A stretch of DNA of 64,000 nt. Source: Octopus sinensis (lineage: Eukaryota). Where the stretch lies: NCBI RefSeq assembly GCF_006345805.1, contig NC_042999.1:9920001-9984000 (forward strand), in the 5' to 3' direction. Below, in pieces: positions 1 to 11,849 of this stretch. The notes under the pieces were generated by a model. The model searched no databases and was not told where the DNA came from. It saw only the letters and a program-made list of their open reading frames with translations. A program made the translations under genes and the position numbers. The stretch's first letter is position 1. Every line of letters begins with the position of its first letter.

Positions 1-167
1 TAGATGGATAGATAGATAGATAGATAAGGAGGGAGGGGGATAAATAGTTAATCTAAGGAAATAATAGAGGATGGTGACGGAGAATAGACATGTTAAGGTA
101 GAGGGAGAAAATGTGAAAGGGAGGGGGAGGGAGACGGAACAACGACTACCACTACTGCAGCTACGAT

Positions 168-187
168 CAGTAGTAGTAGTAGTAGTG

Positions 188-237
<50 letters not shown>

Positions 238-428
238 TAGTAGTAGTAGTAGTAGTAGTAGTAAGAAGAGGAAGAATAAGAAGAAGAAAAAGAAGAAGAA
301 AAAGAAGAAGAAGAAGAAGAAGAAGAAGAAAAAGAAGAAGAAGAAGAAGAAGAAGAAGAAGAAGAAGAAGAAGAGAAGAAGAAGAAGAAGAAGAAGAAGA
401 AGAAGAAGAGAAGAAGAAGAAGAAGAAG
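168..428. repeat. Compound microsatellite (GTA)n followed by (GAA)n
   Basis: Direct reading. It produces the poly-V/S/K/R ORF 71..508. Confidence 0.95.
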
Positions 429-479
429 CAAGTGCAGAAACAAGACGAGAGAGACCCGTTGTTTGTAGGTCAAACGGCA

Positions 480-600
480 ACAAAGATGGCCGACTGTTTG
501 CCGAGTAACCGTGCTGATCACGTGACATGGAAGCGTGTCCCTAACATAGTGTATGTCTGTGTGTCTGTCATTGCCCAGCTCGTGCCGTTGTGACGTCACT
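480..600. promoter_or_regulatory. Candidate promoter motif cluster (YY1-like, E-box, CRE)
   Basis: AAGATGGCCG 483-492, TCACGTGAC 518-526 and the perfect palindrome GTGACGTCAC 590-599, in a unique CpG-containing segment. Confidence 0.4.
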
Positions 601-874
601 GCTAGCTGTAGATGGTAGGAGGTATTCCTCCAGTCCTTCACTCTTTGGTTGCCTTATCATAACAATCCGATGTTATTACCTTCCTTGTACCTTGCTGCTT
701 AGACTTGACATATGTTTGCTCGTGCTAAACTACGGAAGGCCTGAAGGGACAACAGACGGGTCAAATATTTATTTGACAGAAAAGATTTGACAGACATATC
801 TCATAAACCATTGAATCGCAGAAAATCTTTCTTCTGCGTTGCTATTCCTATATTGATCTAGGCATGGTTTATAG

Positions 875-1148
875 GAATGATTCTCGATCGGGGTCCATAA
901 AGCCCTTCCCTGGAGGTCCATGTGGTCCTTGGGATGGGGGTCCACATAAGACTTTGTTGTAAAAGTTTATGTGCAATTATTTACTTATGCCTCAACAATA
1001 AATAAAATATCTTAACAATTTTTTAATACAGTTCTTGATAATATTTAATTGTAAAAATATGGTGGGATCTTTTAGACATTGAAGGGCTGTGAAGGTGCGC
1101 CTGAGTAAAACAGGAATCCCAGTTTTAAAAAATGGTTAAGAACCACTT
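875..1148 (+). mobile_element. hAT (Charlie/Buster-type) MITE, family M1
   Basis: Ends GGTTAAGAACCACT and starts with degenerate TTCTCGATCGGGG. Same internal sequence as the inverted copy at 26685-26984; partial copies at about 1895-1985 and 44410-44525. Confidence 0.65.
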
Positions 1149-1985
1149 GTTTAGATTCTCCCCTTCAAACCTTACTCTCTGGATTAAACACAATACTAAA
1201 ATCTAGCGGTGGAGCTAGAAGGTATGCCGCCTGGAGCAACCTTTGAGTTTGCCGAACACCTTCCTCTTACATAAGCTTATATAGCGGACCTAAAAGTGCC
1301 GTCCCCTAAAAGCGTCGTCCGAGGCAGGCCGCCTCCACTATCCATGCGTCTGCTACAAGCTAGGGAGTTTTGCAGTTTCTCTTCCACTTACATCAGTGAT
1401 CTACAACAGCACGCTGTACCCACTCTTAACAACAACACAGCGACAGTCACGTGTTATGAAGTACAGGCAATTCAATAGTATGTCCGATACAATAACGATT
1501 TAGCCAAAACCTAAAGACAAATAAGACTCCATGAATTCAACGCTTTATTCCACTTTTTATGGCATTAATCGAAAGCGAAACAAATATATTCTTCAGGATG
1601 GTATCATATTAATGTAAGATAAATGCTCCTTGGTCTCCTGGAACCCGTAAACCCAAGGTAACTAAGACCCCAGCTAATGAAGCCATCCGTCCAAGTGACT
1701 CGGCTAAACGCCTGTAAAGAGCTTCTTGCTCGATATCTTAATCAATTGGTATTTCACTCTACATTCTATAGAACAAGAAAAATGAAATTATTTAATGTTT
1801 ACAATCGGCATCTGTATAACATACTAAATGTGTGCACACTGTTAGAGGGCACGATGCTGGGGAATTGTCTGAGATAAAATATCTTCATAGGCCTTGGTGG
1901 GGTCCACAGACTTTGTTGTAAAAGTTTATGTGCTATTATTTGCTTATACCTCAGTAATAAATAAAAGATTTCAATAATTTTTGGC

Positions 1986-2333
1986 GTGGGGGCAGCGTCG
2001 TGTTGCTAGTGTGTGTGTGTGGACCGTACGGTATGACCACTTTATGTATGCATGGTTTGCTGTAGTCAGATGTATGACACGTTTAAGGAAGAGGCAGCCA
2101 TTTTGGTCAGCCCAATCGGCGGCTTAAGATCTCCTGCTACGCCACTGAATGAGCTGAGTTCTGTTGTAGCAACAAAGGTAATCCAAAGATTGGAGAACCT
2201 AATCCGAGATACAGCATGTCTGAATAAAATGCTAGATGGTCATGGCTGGAGCGTCCTTGATTATATATCTACTGGATCGCAGTTGATCTCTGAATAAACA
2301 ACAACAACAGCAACCATATTCTCATGACAAATA
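1986..2333 (+). repeat. About 350-bp dispersed direct repeat, copy 1 (unclassified)
   Basis: Aligns end to end with 5287-5635, roughly 90% identical by eye. Contains AATAAA plus (CAA)n near its right end. Confidence 0.85.
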
Positions 2334-2790
2334 TAAATGAAAACGAGGCGAAAATGGCCACAGCAGTGACTCACGAGAACCACAAATGCGTTTCGACTTC
2401 TCAACGCCGTGTAGCTGTTTGTCACTTGTCAATCAATGATTGCTGGAGTGAAGTTCGTCTCCTTCCGTAGATTTTATGTCTTTTAATACAACAAATCTAT
2501 GAAGAGATTTTCTCTCAGACAAAAACCCCAGCATTATGCCTTTCAACGATGAACATACGTTTAGGATGAATCTGATGCGGTTTCAGTTGCGTTCACCGAG
2601 ATTTTTTACAACCTGAGAAACTTTCCGCATCATCAGTGAATATATTATTTATTGTTTCCTAAATCTCAAAACACGAATATTGTCCTTGAAAGTGTCAAAA
2701 AGGTGCACGGCATTGACAAACCGCAAGTAACGCGAAACACGTCTGCCGTTCTCCTGAGGCACTGTAGCCGCAATGTTCACCTTGTTCTGG

Positions 2791-2826
<36 letters not shown>

Positions 2827-2915
2827 AAGGCAGAATGCTACTTATATCTGAACACTACTACAGAAATATTCTTTTAAAAAAACTTTTCTTCTAATTTTTC
2901 TAAATTTAATTATTT

Positions 2916-2968
2916 AATCGTTACAGTTGAAAAGGTCTCAAAATGACCGAAACCGGTACTGAAAGATT
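2916..2968 (+). ncRNA. Type I minimal hammerhead ribozyme motif, U3-A8 core variant
   Basis: CAG-TTGAAAA-GGTC(tcaaaat)GACC-GAAA-CCGG-TA-CTG. Helix I extends AATC-G-TT-A-CAG / CTG-A-AA-GATT; helix III is the palindrome ACCGGT. Confidence 0.65.
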
Positions 2969-3014
2969 CACTATAAAATCATCTTAGCATTTTCTATTTT
3001 TGACTTGTTTTTTC

Positions 3015-3094
<80 letters not shown>

Positions 3095-3180
3095 TAATAT
3101 ATATTATATATATATAATATATATATATATTTGTATGTATGTATGTATGTATGTGTATGTATGTATGTATGTATATATAT

Positions 3181-3457
3181 AAGAATTCTTTGCGTTATGA
3201 GATTAAAAAAATCAAGGCTGTGTAGATATTAGAACATTTATAGATAGAAGGTCTTACAGCTGTTTCCAGGATATTTATTGATTAAATCCCTTCATCGGAG
3301 ACGGTGTGAGAGGATGACTTAACCATCCTCTTGCACAGACTCCGATGAAGGGATATAATTAATAAATATCCTGGAAACAGCTGTAAGACCTTCTATCTAT
3401 AAATGTTCTAATATCTACACAGCCTTGATTTTTTATCTTATTACGCAAAAAATTCTT
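3181..3457. mobile_element. 277-bp foldback element in (TA)n carrying two divergent hammerhead-like motifs
   Basis: Arms of about 136 bp are near-perfect reverse complements around a 7-nt loop (3317-3323). Each arm reads CCGATGA-AGGGAT..ATCCTG-GAAA-CAGCTG-TA-AGAC outward. Confidence 0.8.
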
Positions 3458-3473
3458 ATATATATATATATAC

Positions 3474-3506
<33 letters not shown>

Positions 3507-3507
3507 A

Positions 3508-3580
<73 letters not shown>

Positions 3581-4493
3581 TGTGTTTTTAACACAGCAAA
3601 TCTACAAAGAGATTTTTTTGTCACACAAAAACGACACCATCAGGCCTTTCAACAATGTATATACACTTAATATGATACACAGGTTGCTATTTCAATTTGA
3701 TACAGCTCAATAGCGTATGCCTAGGTGTTTATGTACTGCTTGTTTCCTCCAACCTGTGTGAAACAAAAGAACTTCTAGTAAGAATCGAACCAAGTTGTAG
3801 AATCGACTAGTTCGGAACTTCCCTTCCGTGTCACGAGGTCTCTGTTACAAACAGACACGAAGGAAATATTCCTCGGGGTTATTCAAAAAGGATGTCAGTC
3901 TGTCGACTGAATCCTCGTAAGTTCGAATCCTCTCAAAAGCTGGGTAGGATATTAAACCACGGGCTGATAGGCTTTGTATTGTGAATGTTACAACCAAGGC
4001 CAGCTTAATATAAGTCTTGTGGGCCCAGGTTGAAATAATTTTCTATCATGGAATTGCATCATATTTCGATGAGAGTTGGTGGGGGCGGCCTACATCTCAG
4101 TTCAGCACCCAGACTTTTTAGCCCTTAAACATGGCCCCTCAAATGACACTTAATCCTACATTACCTCGATTTCATCTAACTGTCCGAAATAATTATCATA
4201 TTTTCCAGAGCAGGAAGGTGTCCTATCCATGCAAATATTCCTCTTTTAATGAAATATTTCACAGATTCTGTCATAATTACTGCACAGCTGTTCCCATTGC
4301 TGCGACGTCTAATATTTAAATTGTCCAGTCAACCAGGCCGTAAATAGGTACCATACATGGCGCAACACAAAGGGTGTCTATTAATAAGAAGTCCAGTTAG
4401 GTTTTGGTCGGAGTTAATGTTGGTAGGAATAAAAGGGTGCGCTCTGTCGGAACAGATTAACATCTTCATGTGATAAAACGACTTATGAATCTA

Positions 4494-4524
<31 letters not shown>

Positions 4525-5286
4525 ACACTGGTTTGCAAAGGCTAGCAGGCCGAAGCTTCGAAGTCACTGTCACTTCTCCACTTGTAAAAGTTTTGATGAA
4601 CACAAGTTCTCTTCTAAAGAGCAATGAGTAATTCTTCAATGTAATGTTAAATTGTTTTTTATATACAACATAGTATAAAGACAAACATTAACGTGTGTGT
4701 GTGTGTGTGTGAAATACTGAAGGTGACGCGGCGAGAGGTCTCTGTAAGCGTGTAAAGTCTATTGTTTGGAAAACAATTTGGTTTGTTGCTAATGAAAGCA
4801 CAAACTGTAGATGAACGTAACAGATAACGTAATGCATCTGTGTGAGGGACAATTAAATATCATATAGCTGTCAGATCTCCTTCCAACAACTGCATCGAAT
4901 TCCCCTTCATATATACACACACACACATATATATACATATATATAGATATATGTGTGTATGTACTTACATATATACCCACAAGAAGAAAGGTATCACCAA
5001 TGACATTTAATTATGCTATCACGATGTAACTATCGTATGAATCACAATAGTAGTTGTTATCATTGAAACGCAATACGGCAATCGCCTTCTCGCTCGTATT
5101 GAACGCAATATTGTAAACAATAGACGCATCGATGAGGTCGGCTTTGTTACGACTGCCATATCGATGACACCAGCATCATCGCATACATGAAACAGCTAGA
5201 AGATGTATCCCTGATGTTTCAATTATTACTGAGAGATCGGGGCTGGATTTCACGACCAGAATGCAATACCGAAATCACGCCAATGC

Positions 5287-5635
5287 CGTGGGGGCAGCGT
5301 CGTGTTGCTAGCGTGTGTGTGTGTGGACCGTACGGTATGACCACTTTATGTACGCGTGGTTTGCTGTAGTCAAATGTATGACACGTTTAAGGAAGAGGCA
5401 GCCATTTTGGTCAGCCCAAACGGCGACTTAAGATCTCGTGCCATGCCACCGAATGAGCTGAGTTCTGTTGTAGCAACAAATGTAATCCAAAGATTGGAGA
5501 ACCTAATCTGAGATACACCATGTCTGAATAAAATGCTAGATGGTCATAGCTGGATCGTCCTTGATTATATGTCTACTGGATCGCAATTGATCTCTGAATA
5601 AACAACAACAGCAACCATATTCTCATGACAGATGT
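5287..5635 (+). repeat. About 350-bp dispersed direct repeat, copy 2
   Basis: Matches 1986-2333. Confidence 0.85.
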
Positions 5636-5804
5636 GATATGTCCAGGCAGTATTTGCTGGTGAAATGTTAGGACAATTGTCGTGCTGGTATCTATGCAAA
5701 TTTAGCACGTGCTTAGGACATCGAGGGAAGGGAGTCACCACAGAAATGGTAAATGGTTTACGGCACAAAAGAAATCACTTTAAAGTTGCTAAACTGCCTC
5801 GTCT

Positions 5805-6037
5805 ATATTTTTCTTTACTACCCACAAGGGGCTAAACACAGAGCGGTCAAACAATGGACAGACACGGATTAAGTGGATTACATCGACCCCAGTGCGTAAC
5901 TGGTACTTAATTTATCGACCCTGAAAGGATGAAAGGCAAAGTCAATCTCGGCGGAATTTGAACTCAGAACGTAACGGCAGACGAAATGCGGCTACGCATC
6001 TCGCCCGGCGTGCTAACGTTTCTGCCAGCTCGCCGCC
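5805..6037 (-). mobile_element. tRNA-derived SINE family B (full-length)
   Basis: Head GGCGGCGAGCTGGCAGAAACGTTAGC, B-box-like GAGTTCAAATTCC, 3' end GTGGGTAGTAAAGAAATA. Possible TSD AAACTGCCT. Confidence 0.9.
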
Positions 6038-6383
6038 TTAAAACTGCCTTACCTCTACTAAGTATAGAAGCAGATGTGTTGCGTAAGATTAATCTTAAGG
6101 ATCTGATTAAAGACTTTGTAATTAAAAAAAAAATAAGAGAAATTTTTTTCATATATAAATTAAGAGGAAATAAACCAAAATAAACATTATTCGCCATCTT
6201 GCTGTTAGTTTTGTTTCGTTTTGAAAAACAAAAAAAAATTATTTTATTGTTTATTATTGTTTATATTTTTCAGTTACACATATAAGGGGGTACCAGAATT
6301 TTTTAAGTGCTTAGAGCCACCCTGGATCTTAATCCGGCCCTGTGTCTACATCTAAGTCCTTTGGCTACTGAAGATAAGCTAGA

Positions 6384-6434
6384 AGAGTTATGCTGATGAC
6401 GCCTATTGAAGCAGAAACAAGTCTCATTGACTCT
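6384..6434 (+). ncRNA. Degenerate type I hammerhead motif
   Basis: AGAGTTATG-CTGATGA-cGCCTattgAAGCa-GAAA-CaaG-TC-tCATtGACTCT. Related to the minus-strand motif at 61916-61969. Confidence 0.45.
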
Positions 6435-6654
6435 CCTCTTATCTCCAGATTATAAGCTTGTCCTTTTTCTTAGTGGCATATAATCTCTTCCAACTTTACG
6501 TTCTGAGTTCAAATTCCGCCGAGGTCGACTTTGCTTTTTATATTTTCGGGATCGATTAAATAAATACCAGTTGAGCAGAGGGGTTGATGTAATCGACTTA
6601 CCTCTCTCCTGAAGCTGCTAGCCTTGTGCCAAAATTTGAAGCCATTATTGTTGT

Positions 6655-7983
6655 TCCAAGAAATGGGCCGAGAGGAAGCTGTCCCTGAAAGGTCGAGCGG
6701 AGGTGGCGAATGCGTACATCGCATCCGTCATCAATTACCACTTGACTGTCGTCCCTTGTCCTGTTTGCTGCTTGACCAAGATGGTGCGCTTACTCTTCCG
6801 CTTTCTGTGGATGGAGCGCATTCCAATGGTCAGGTGCTCCATCCGCTGTTAACAGCCGCTTAATGGAGGGCTAGGCATGCCGTGGTTGCTGATGCGCAGA
6901 CATGCGCAGATATTGCGGCATCTCCAGCGTTTTCTTGACGTTCAGCAGGCGTGGTCACCGTTTGTGAGGCACACTTTTCCGCAGCTCGTCCCTTTCACTG
7001 TGCTGCAAACCTGGATGAAGCATAGACCGAGAAGGAGCGCTTGGCGCCTCGAGTGCCGTCAAGCGATCAAAGTCCTCCGCCAGGCGGGAAATACGGTCGA
7101 TGGTAGTTCCACTCTAGCGTTCTATAGGGGGCTAGTGAACGGCAAGTGCGACGACGTTCTCGGGGAAACTCTGGCCGTCGATGAAGATCAACCAACCGGT
7201 CTGTTTCGGAGAACTGTCGGACCTAGGCCTATGGATAACTCCTAGAAACCCCTTGCCTGACAGTGCTACTAAGGGGCGCTGCCTGTTCGAGATAAACTTT
7301 ACAGGCACGGAAATGCCATCAGCCAGGCCTGCCCGAGGTGCGCCCAGAACGATGAAACCGTTCTGCACGCCCTAATCCAGTGCCCGAGTATTGCTGACGT
7401 GTGGGTTTATGTCGAGCTCCAACTGTCGCGTGTAGGACGGATCCGGCTATCAGCTGAATCCATTGTGAAGATTGCCCCGCCGCCCTCTTTTGGCTGGGAG
7501 GGGCGGGAAACTTTTATTTGTTTAGTGACTGTAGTGAAAGAGGTAGTATGGTGGACCCGTTTGAAAAGGTTAAAGACAGACACTTTCCCCTTTGGCCAAG
7601 CCCTCATCGGCTTTTTCAAGTTTCACTTGAAAAGGAAGTTGAGGGTGAAGAGGGAAGTGTTGCCTTGCAGCAAGTTTGTTGAAAGCTGGGTGAATGTTGG
7701 AAGAATGGCCAGTATTAAAGGACCAATTCTGAGCATACACCTGGGAAAAATTAAAGAAGGGCTCTTGCCCTCTTGATCAGGCACCCGTAACTTTTTGTGG
7801 GTTTTTTCACAAGGACCTTAAAGTGCCTCCCCCTATTGGGGGTTTTAATTTGTTTAATTTTTAACTGTTATTCATATTATTTACACGCGGAGAACCCATT
7901 GTATCGTCCCGCTTTTTCTTTTATGTTGTTGCATGTCCTTTAATATTATTGTATGTGAGCCCCTGTGGCTAATAAAAGAATGA

Positions 7984-7985
<2 letters not shown>
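6655..7985 (+). mobile_element. Tx1/L1-clade LINE 3' fragment (ORF2 C-terminus with CCHC zinc finger, 3'UTR)
   Basis: Translates as KWAERKLSLKGRAEV..GGLGMPWLL..CPRCAQNDETVLHALIQC..WWTRLK with in-frame stops. 3'UTR ends in AATAAAAG then (ATT)n. Confidence 0.85.
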
Positions 7986-8029
<44 letters not shown>

Positions 8030-8031
<2 letters not shown>

Positions 8032-8402
8032 TGCTTTTAATCTACTTGTTTGTTACAATCACTTGCTGAGATTCACCCAGCTTCCTAGGGTGAGTGAAGG
8101 ATAAGAGATGTTACAGTATGACCTGAAAGCTTGCATAGGGGAAGAGGCAGGGGGCAGTAGTGAAATATCTTCATGTAATACAACACAGATATTTAAATTG
8201 ATAGGGTTTTTCTAAGGATGTGGGCAGTACTTGTTAGCACAATCTTTTGGGGTTTCCTGAGGTATGGCTCTCCTGGGATGTTATCTAAATGTTTCTGATA
8301 TCCCTTTTTTTATCATACCTAGGGCACCTACAATAATAGGAACACTTCTCGCTTTAAGATGCCACATCTTTTGTATTTCAGTTTCCAGGTCCTTCTTCTT
8401 GT
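8030..8402 (-). mobile_element. Dong/R4-like non-LTR retrotransposon 3' fragment within (TAA)n
   Basis: Minus strand reads KKDLETEIQKMWHLKARSVPIIVGALGMIKKG..IVLTSTAHILRKTLSI* (restriction-like endonuclease C-terminus). Flanked on both sides by TAA repeats. Confidence 0.8.
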
Positions 8403-8428
8403 CATTATTATTATTATTATTATTATTA

Positions 8429-8467
<39 letters not shown>

Positions 8468-8480
8468 CATTATTATTATT

Positions 8481-9023
8481 GAGTGAGAGCAGCGTTTGCC
8501 ATAAAAGTGACAAATATACGAAGCCCAATATACCCATTGTGACTACCCGTCTGATAAGAGTACGCCAAGCACATGAATTACAACCATATGTGCGCGACAT
8601 AGTGACCTTGTACCAAGATGAACAACGCATGACCTTCAAGGTTGGGCTCAGTTACGATTTTCTTCAGGTTGAGTAGCCCATCCCGCTCAAATGGTTCTTG
8701 AATAAGGATTGTTTAAGGACGTTGAACGAAACACCCATGTTTCCAGAGGTGAATTATTCAAACCCCAAAGAATCCCTCTCAACACATGGCTATGATGCTC
8801 CCCCACTACTTCTGCTCGTGATCAGAGATGCACATATCGTCAGCCACTAAGGGACATGCTCAACTGGTTAAGGTCAAACAACTGACAAGCAAATCTGTGG
8901 TATTGAGCAGAATATTTACTGTAGCCCATCTTTTATACCAAGACAAAACAATGTACATGATAACAATTCCAATCAGTTAAGATCAGAAACCATGAGAGCC
9001 ACTGCCAGGTACTGCATCAGGGC

Positions 9024-9025
<2 letters not shown>
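8481..9025 (-). mobile_element. About 545-bp non-coding (TAA)n-embedded element, family D
   Basis: Same termini as 53272-53830 (inverted); 75-bp terminal fragment at 9076-9150. All copies are flanked by TAA repeats. Strand is inferred. Confidence 0.7.
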
Positions 9026-9065
<40 letters not shown>

Positions 9066-9167
9066 CATTATTATGTGAGAGAGCAGTGCATGCCATCAAA
9101 GTGACACTGGGGTAAAATATACGAAGCCCAGTATACCCATCATGACTACCCATTATTATTATTATTA

Positions 9168-9254
<87 letters not shown>

Positions 9255-9639
9255 CACAAGCGGTCTTCCATAGTTGCAACTATTATCCAAATAACGTCTC
9301 AAAAGTCGGCTGCCTATGGTTGTCACTAATACTGTTTAGCTGATGTATTTCCCGATAACGAACTGACAAGCTGTCAACGCCGACATTGCAATCTACTGAC
9401 AAGACACTCTGATTCCATTCGCTTGCACACAAGGCACGATTAACTGGTTTCAAAAAAGAAAAAGAAAACAGAATTTCCGGAAAACACTTGCCAGCTGTCT
9501 CCTCCACACATAACGCCATCTTTTCTTTTTCCTTTATTTTTTCTGTCCGTTGTTTGTTTTCGTGGTTTTCTTTTCGTCTAGACTTCATTCCTTTAGAATT
9601 TCGTTTATGTAGCCCCAACATAAACTCATTATTATTATT

Positions 9640-9706
9640 ATTTACTTTTTTCTTCATCTTTTTCTTGTTGTTTTCTTTATTTTTTTTTGTTTCCTCTCAG
9701 GTATGT
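9640..9706 (+). other. Strong 3' splice site immediately followed by a 5' splice site consensus (CAG|GTATGT)
   Basis: About 60-nt pyrimidine-rich tract, then CTCAG at 9696-9700 and GTATGT at 9701-9706. Confidence 0.35.
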
Positions 9707-9889
9707 GTCGTAAGGTGAAGCAAGAAGAACTCAAGTTATCCAAGCATCAGTTTGTTGTTTTTTGCTTTGGGCTTAGTTTTTTTGTTTTTTTTTTACTTCT
9801 GTTGCATGAGTGAGGGGTGGGGTGGGGGGTTTAATTGTGGTTGTTGCAATCCTTGTTGCTTCTTAATAGACGGACAGACAGGCAGGGAG

Positions 9890-9932
9890 ACAGACAGATA
9901 GATAGATAGACAGATATGTAGAGGGATAGATG

Positions 9933-10010
<78 letters not shown>

Positions 10011-10029
10011 GATAGATAGATATAGACTG

Positions 10030-10108
<79 letters not shown>

Positions 10109-10215
10109 TAGACTGATAGATAGATAGATAAATGGAACATATATAGATAAATGGAACATAGATAGAGAGAGGGGGAGAGGGGAAGATAGACAGACTGACA
10201 GACAGACAGACAGAC

Positions 10216-10252
<37 letters not shown>

Positions 10253-10275
10253 CATACATACATACATACATACAT
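9890..10275. repeat. (GATA)n/(GACA)n/(CATA)n tetranucleotide array
   Basis: Direct reading. Confidence 0.95.
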
Positions 10276-10989
10276 ACATACATAGACTGATATAATATAG
10301 TGTGTGTGTGTGTATGTGTGTTGGAATAAGGAGAGTGGGGGCATTTTTGAGGTTTTCTATTTATGTTCGGATTGTTTTCTTAAAAAGGGGAGGGTGGGCA
10401 TCGATTAGACTGCGGTGGGGCTGTTAGGGAAGAGAGATGCCCCTACTTCCAGGAGGTAATTTTCCGACGTAACCTTGTTATTTCGGGTCTACCTTAGCTG
10501 TTTGTTCAACAATCCTATGACGCCACAGAAGTCTTCAGTTGATCCAAAATATATAAATTTATGGTTTGTCTGTTTAGTTGTGTCAGTGTCTTAGGGATTT
10601 CCAGGTGAAATACATATCAACATTGGCGTCGACTGTTGTTGCTTAGCCCTAGATCAGCTCGAAAGGAACAGAGTTCTTATCAAAGGTCTCTCCTCATACC
10701 TGTAAAACAGACCACTCTTTGGTTTGTTTGGTTTTTTTAGGATAGTCATAGCTGAAATATATTTTAGCGACGAAAATCTTCCCTCTCTCTCCTCTCCCTC
10801 CATACACAACTCTGTTCATTGTTCCCTTTCGTCATCGTCAGAACTTGGACATGTTTTGGTTCATTGTCGGCGAGAGAGAGGGGAGGTGCAGATAGTTTTT
10901 TTTAAATATTGTTAATATCGTTTGCTTATATTTTTCTCTCTTCTCTGAAGTACAAAATAACCGAAGCAATCCTTGCATCCCCAAAATGG

Positions 10990-11230
10990 ATCTCCGTCAG
11001 TTTCGACGATGGGGGTTCAGTCGATCGATCAACTGAATATCTTTCTCATTGAATTAATGTCTGTAAATAGTTGAGTATGGCACCCGATACTTGACCTCTT
11101 AACGTAAACCCCGGGTAGAATCAAAGTGACATGGTGTCTGAATTACAAATGCAATCCACCCGACAACTTCTCTCAATATCCTCCTTTCCACTTTGATCTC
11201 AGCCGTGTCTGTCAAGATGCTGCGGCCCTT
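10990..11230 (-). mobile_element. Old diverged relative of SINE family C
   Basis: CTCCGTCAGTTTCGACGATGGGGGTTC..CTTAACGTA aligns loosely with the 3' half of 45074-45461. Confidence 0.5.
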
Positions 11231-11372
11231 GGCCCAGACAAAAGAAATATATAAAGGCAAAACGGCAGATGTTTCGCTCCTGAATATCTTCGATTGTGTG
11301 TCCTTCCTTTTTCAAGAGTGATTTGAACAAGGTTTAGCTGTTATTTCTAGCATGTATACTGACCACGTAGAC

Positions 11373-11568
11373 AAGTGGTTCTCAACCGCGGCTCCCAGAG
11401 CCATATGCGGCCCTCAAGCATCCTTCCGGCGGACTGGACGGTCTTCCTTTTATAAATATAATAAAGACTTCTTGAATTGACTTGTGTTTTACTTTCTTTT
11501 GGTTTGGGCCCTAAAAAATGGTCCAGGTTTTGGGTGTGGCCGGATATGAAAATGCTTGGTTACCACTG
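11373..11568. mobile_element. hAT-type MITE (AGTGGTTCTCAACC terminus)
   Basis: Left end AAGTGGTTCTCAACC, right end GGTTACCACTG. The 8-bp flanks ACGTAGAC/ACCTACAA are a weak TSD. Confidence 0.5.
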
Positions 11569-11849
11569 ACCTACAAACTCTCGCCGTTGTTCATATCGCT
11601 AGTTTAGCCTTCTTTGAATCTTGTTGTTGTTGTTGTTTTTGTTGCCAGTAATGGTCGGCGCCGCCACCGCCGACTCGGCGGTGGTCATGGTCGTCGTCGC
11701 GATGGTCGTGGTGATCGTGGTGGTGGTGATCGTGGTGGTGATTGTGGTGGTGATCGTGGTGGTGGTGGTGGTGGCGGTCGTCGTCGTCGTAATCGTGGTC
11801 GTGGTCGTGGTCGAGGTGGTCGTGGAGGGGGTGATGTCGTCGTCGTGGT

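Noticed and set aside
1670-1722. CTAATGA-A-GCC..GGC-TAAA-CG hammerhead-like string
   Set aside because: Both G5 and G12 are altered and there is no helix I. At best a dead relic.
2565-2640. Short imperfect hairpin TGATGCGG/CCGCATCA with CTGATGA on the minus strand
   Set aside because: The helices do not fit hammerhead topology, and an 8-bp stem is unremarkable.
4006-6342. Possible 2.3-kb element bounded by CAAGGCCAGCTTAA / TTAATCCGGCCCTG
   Set aside because: Only 11 of 14 bases match, there is no TSD, and the left motif has a closer partner near 4125-4140.
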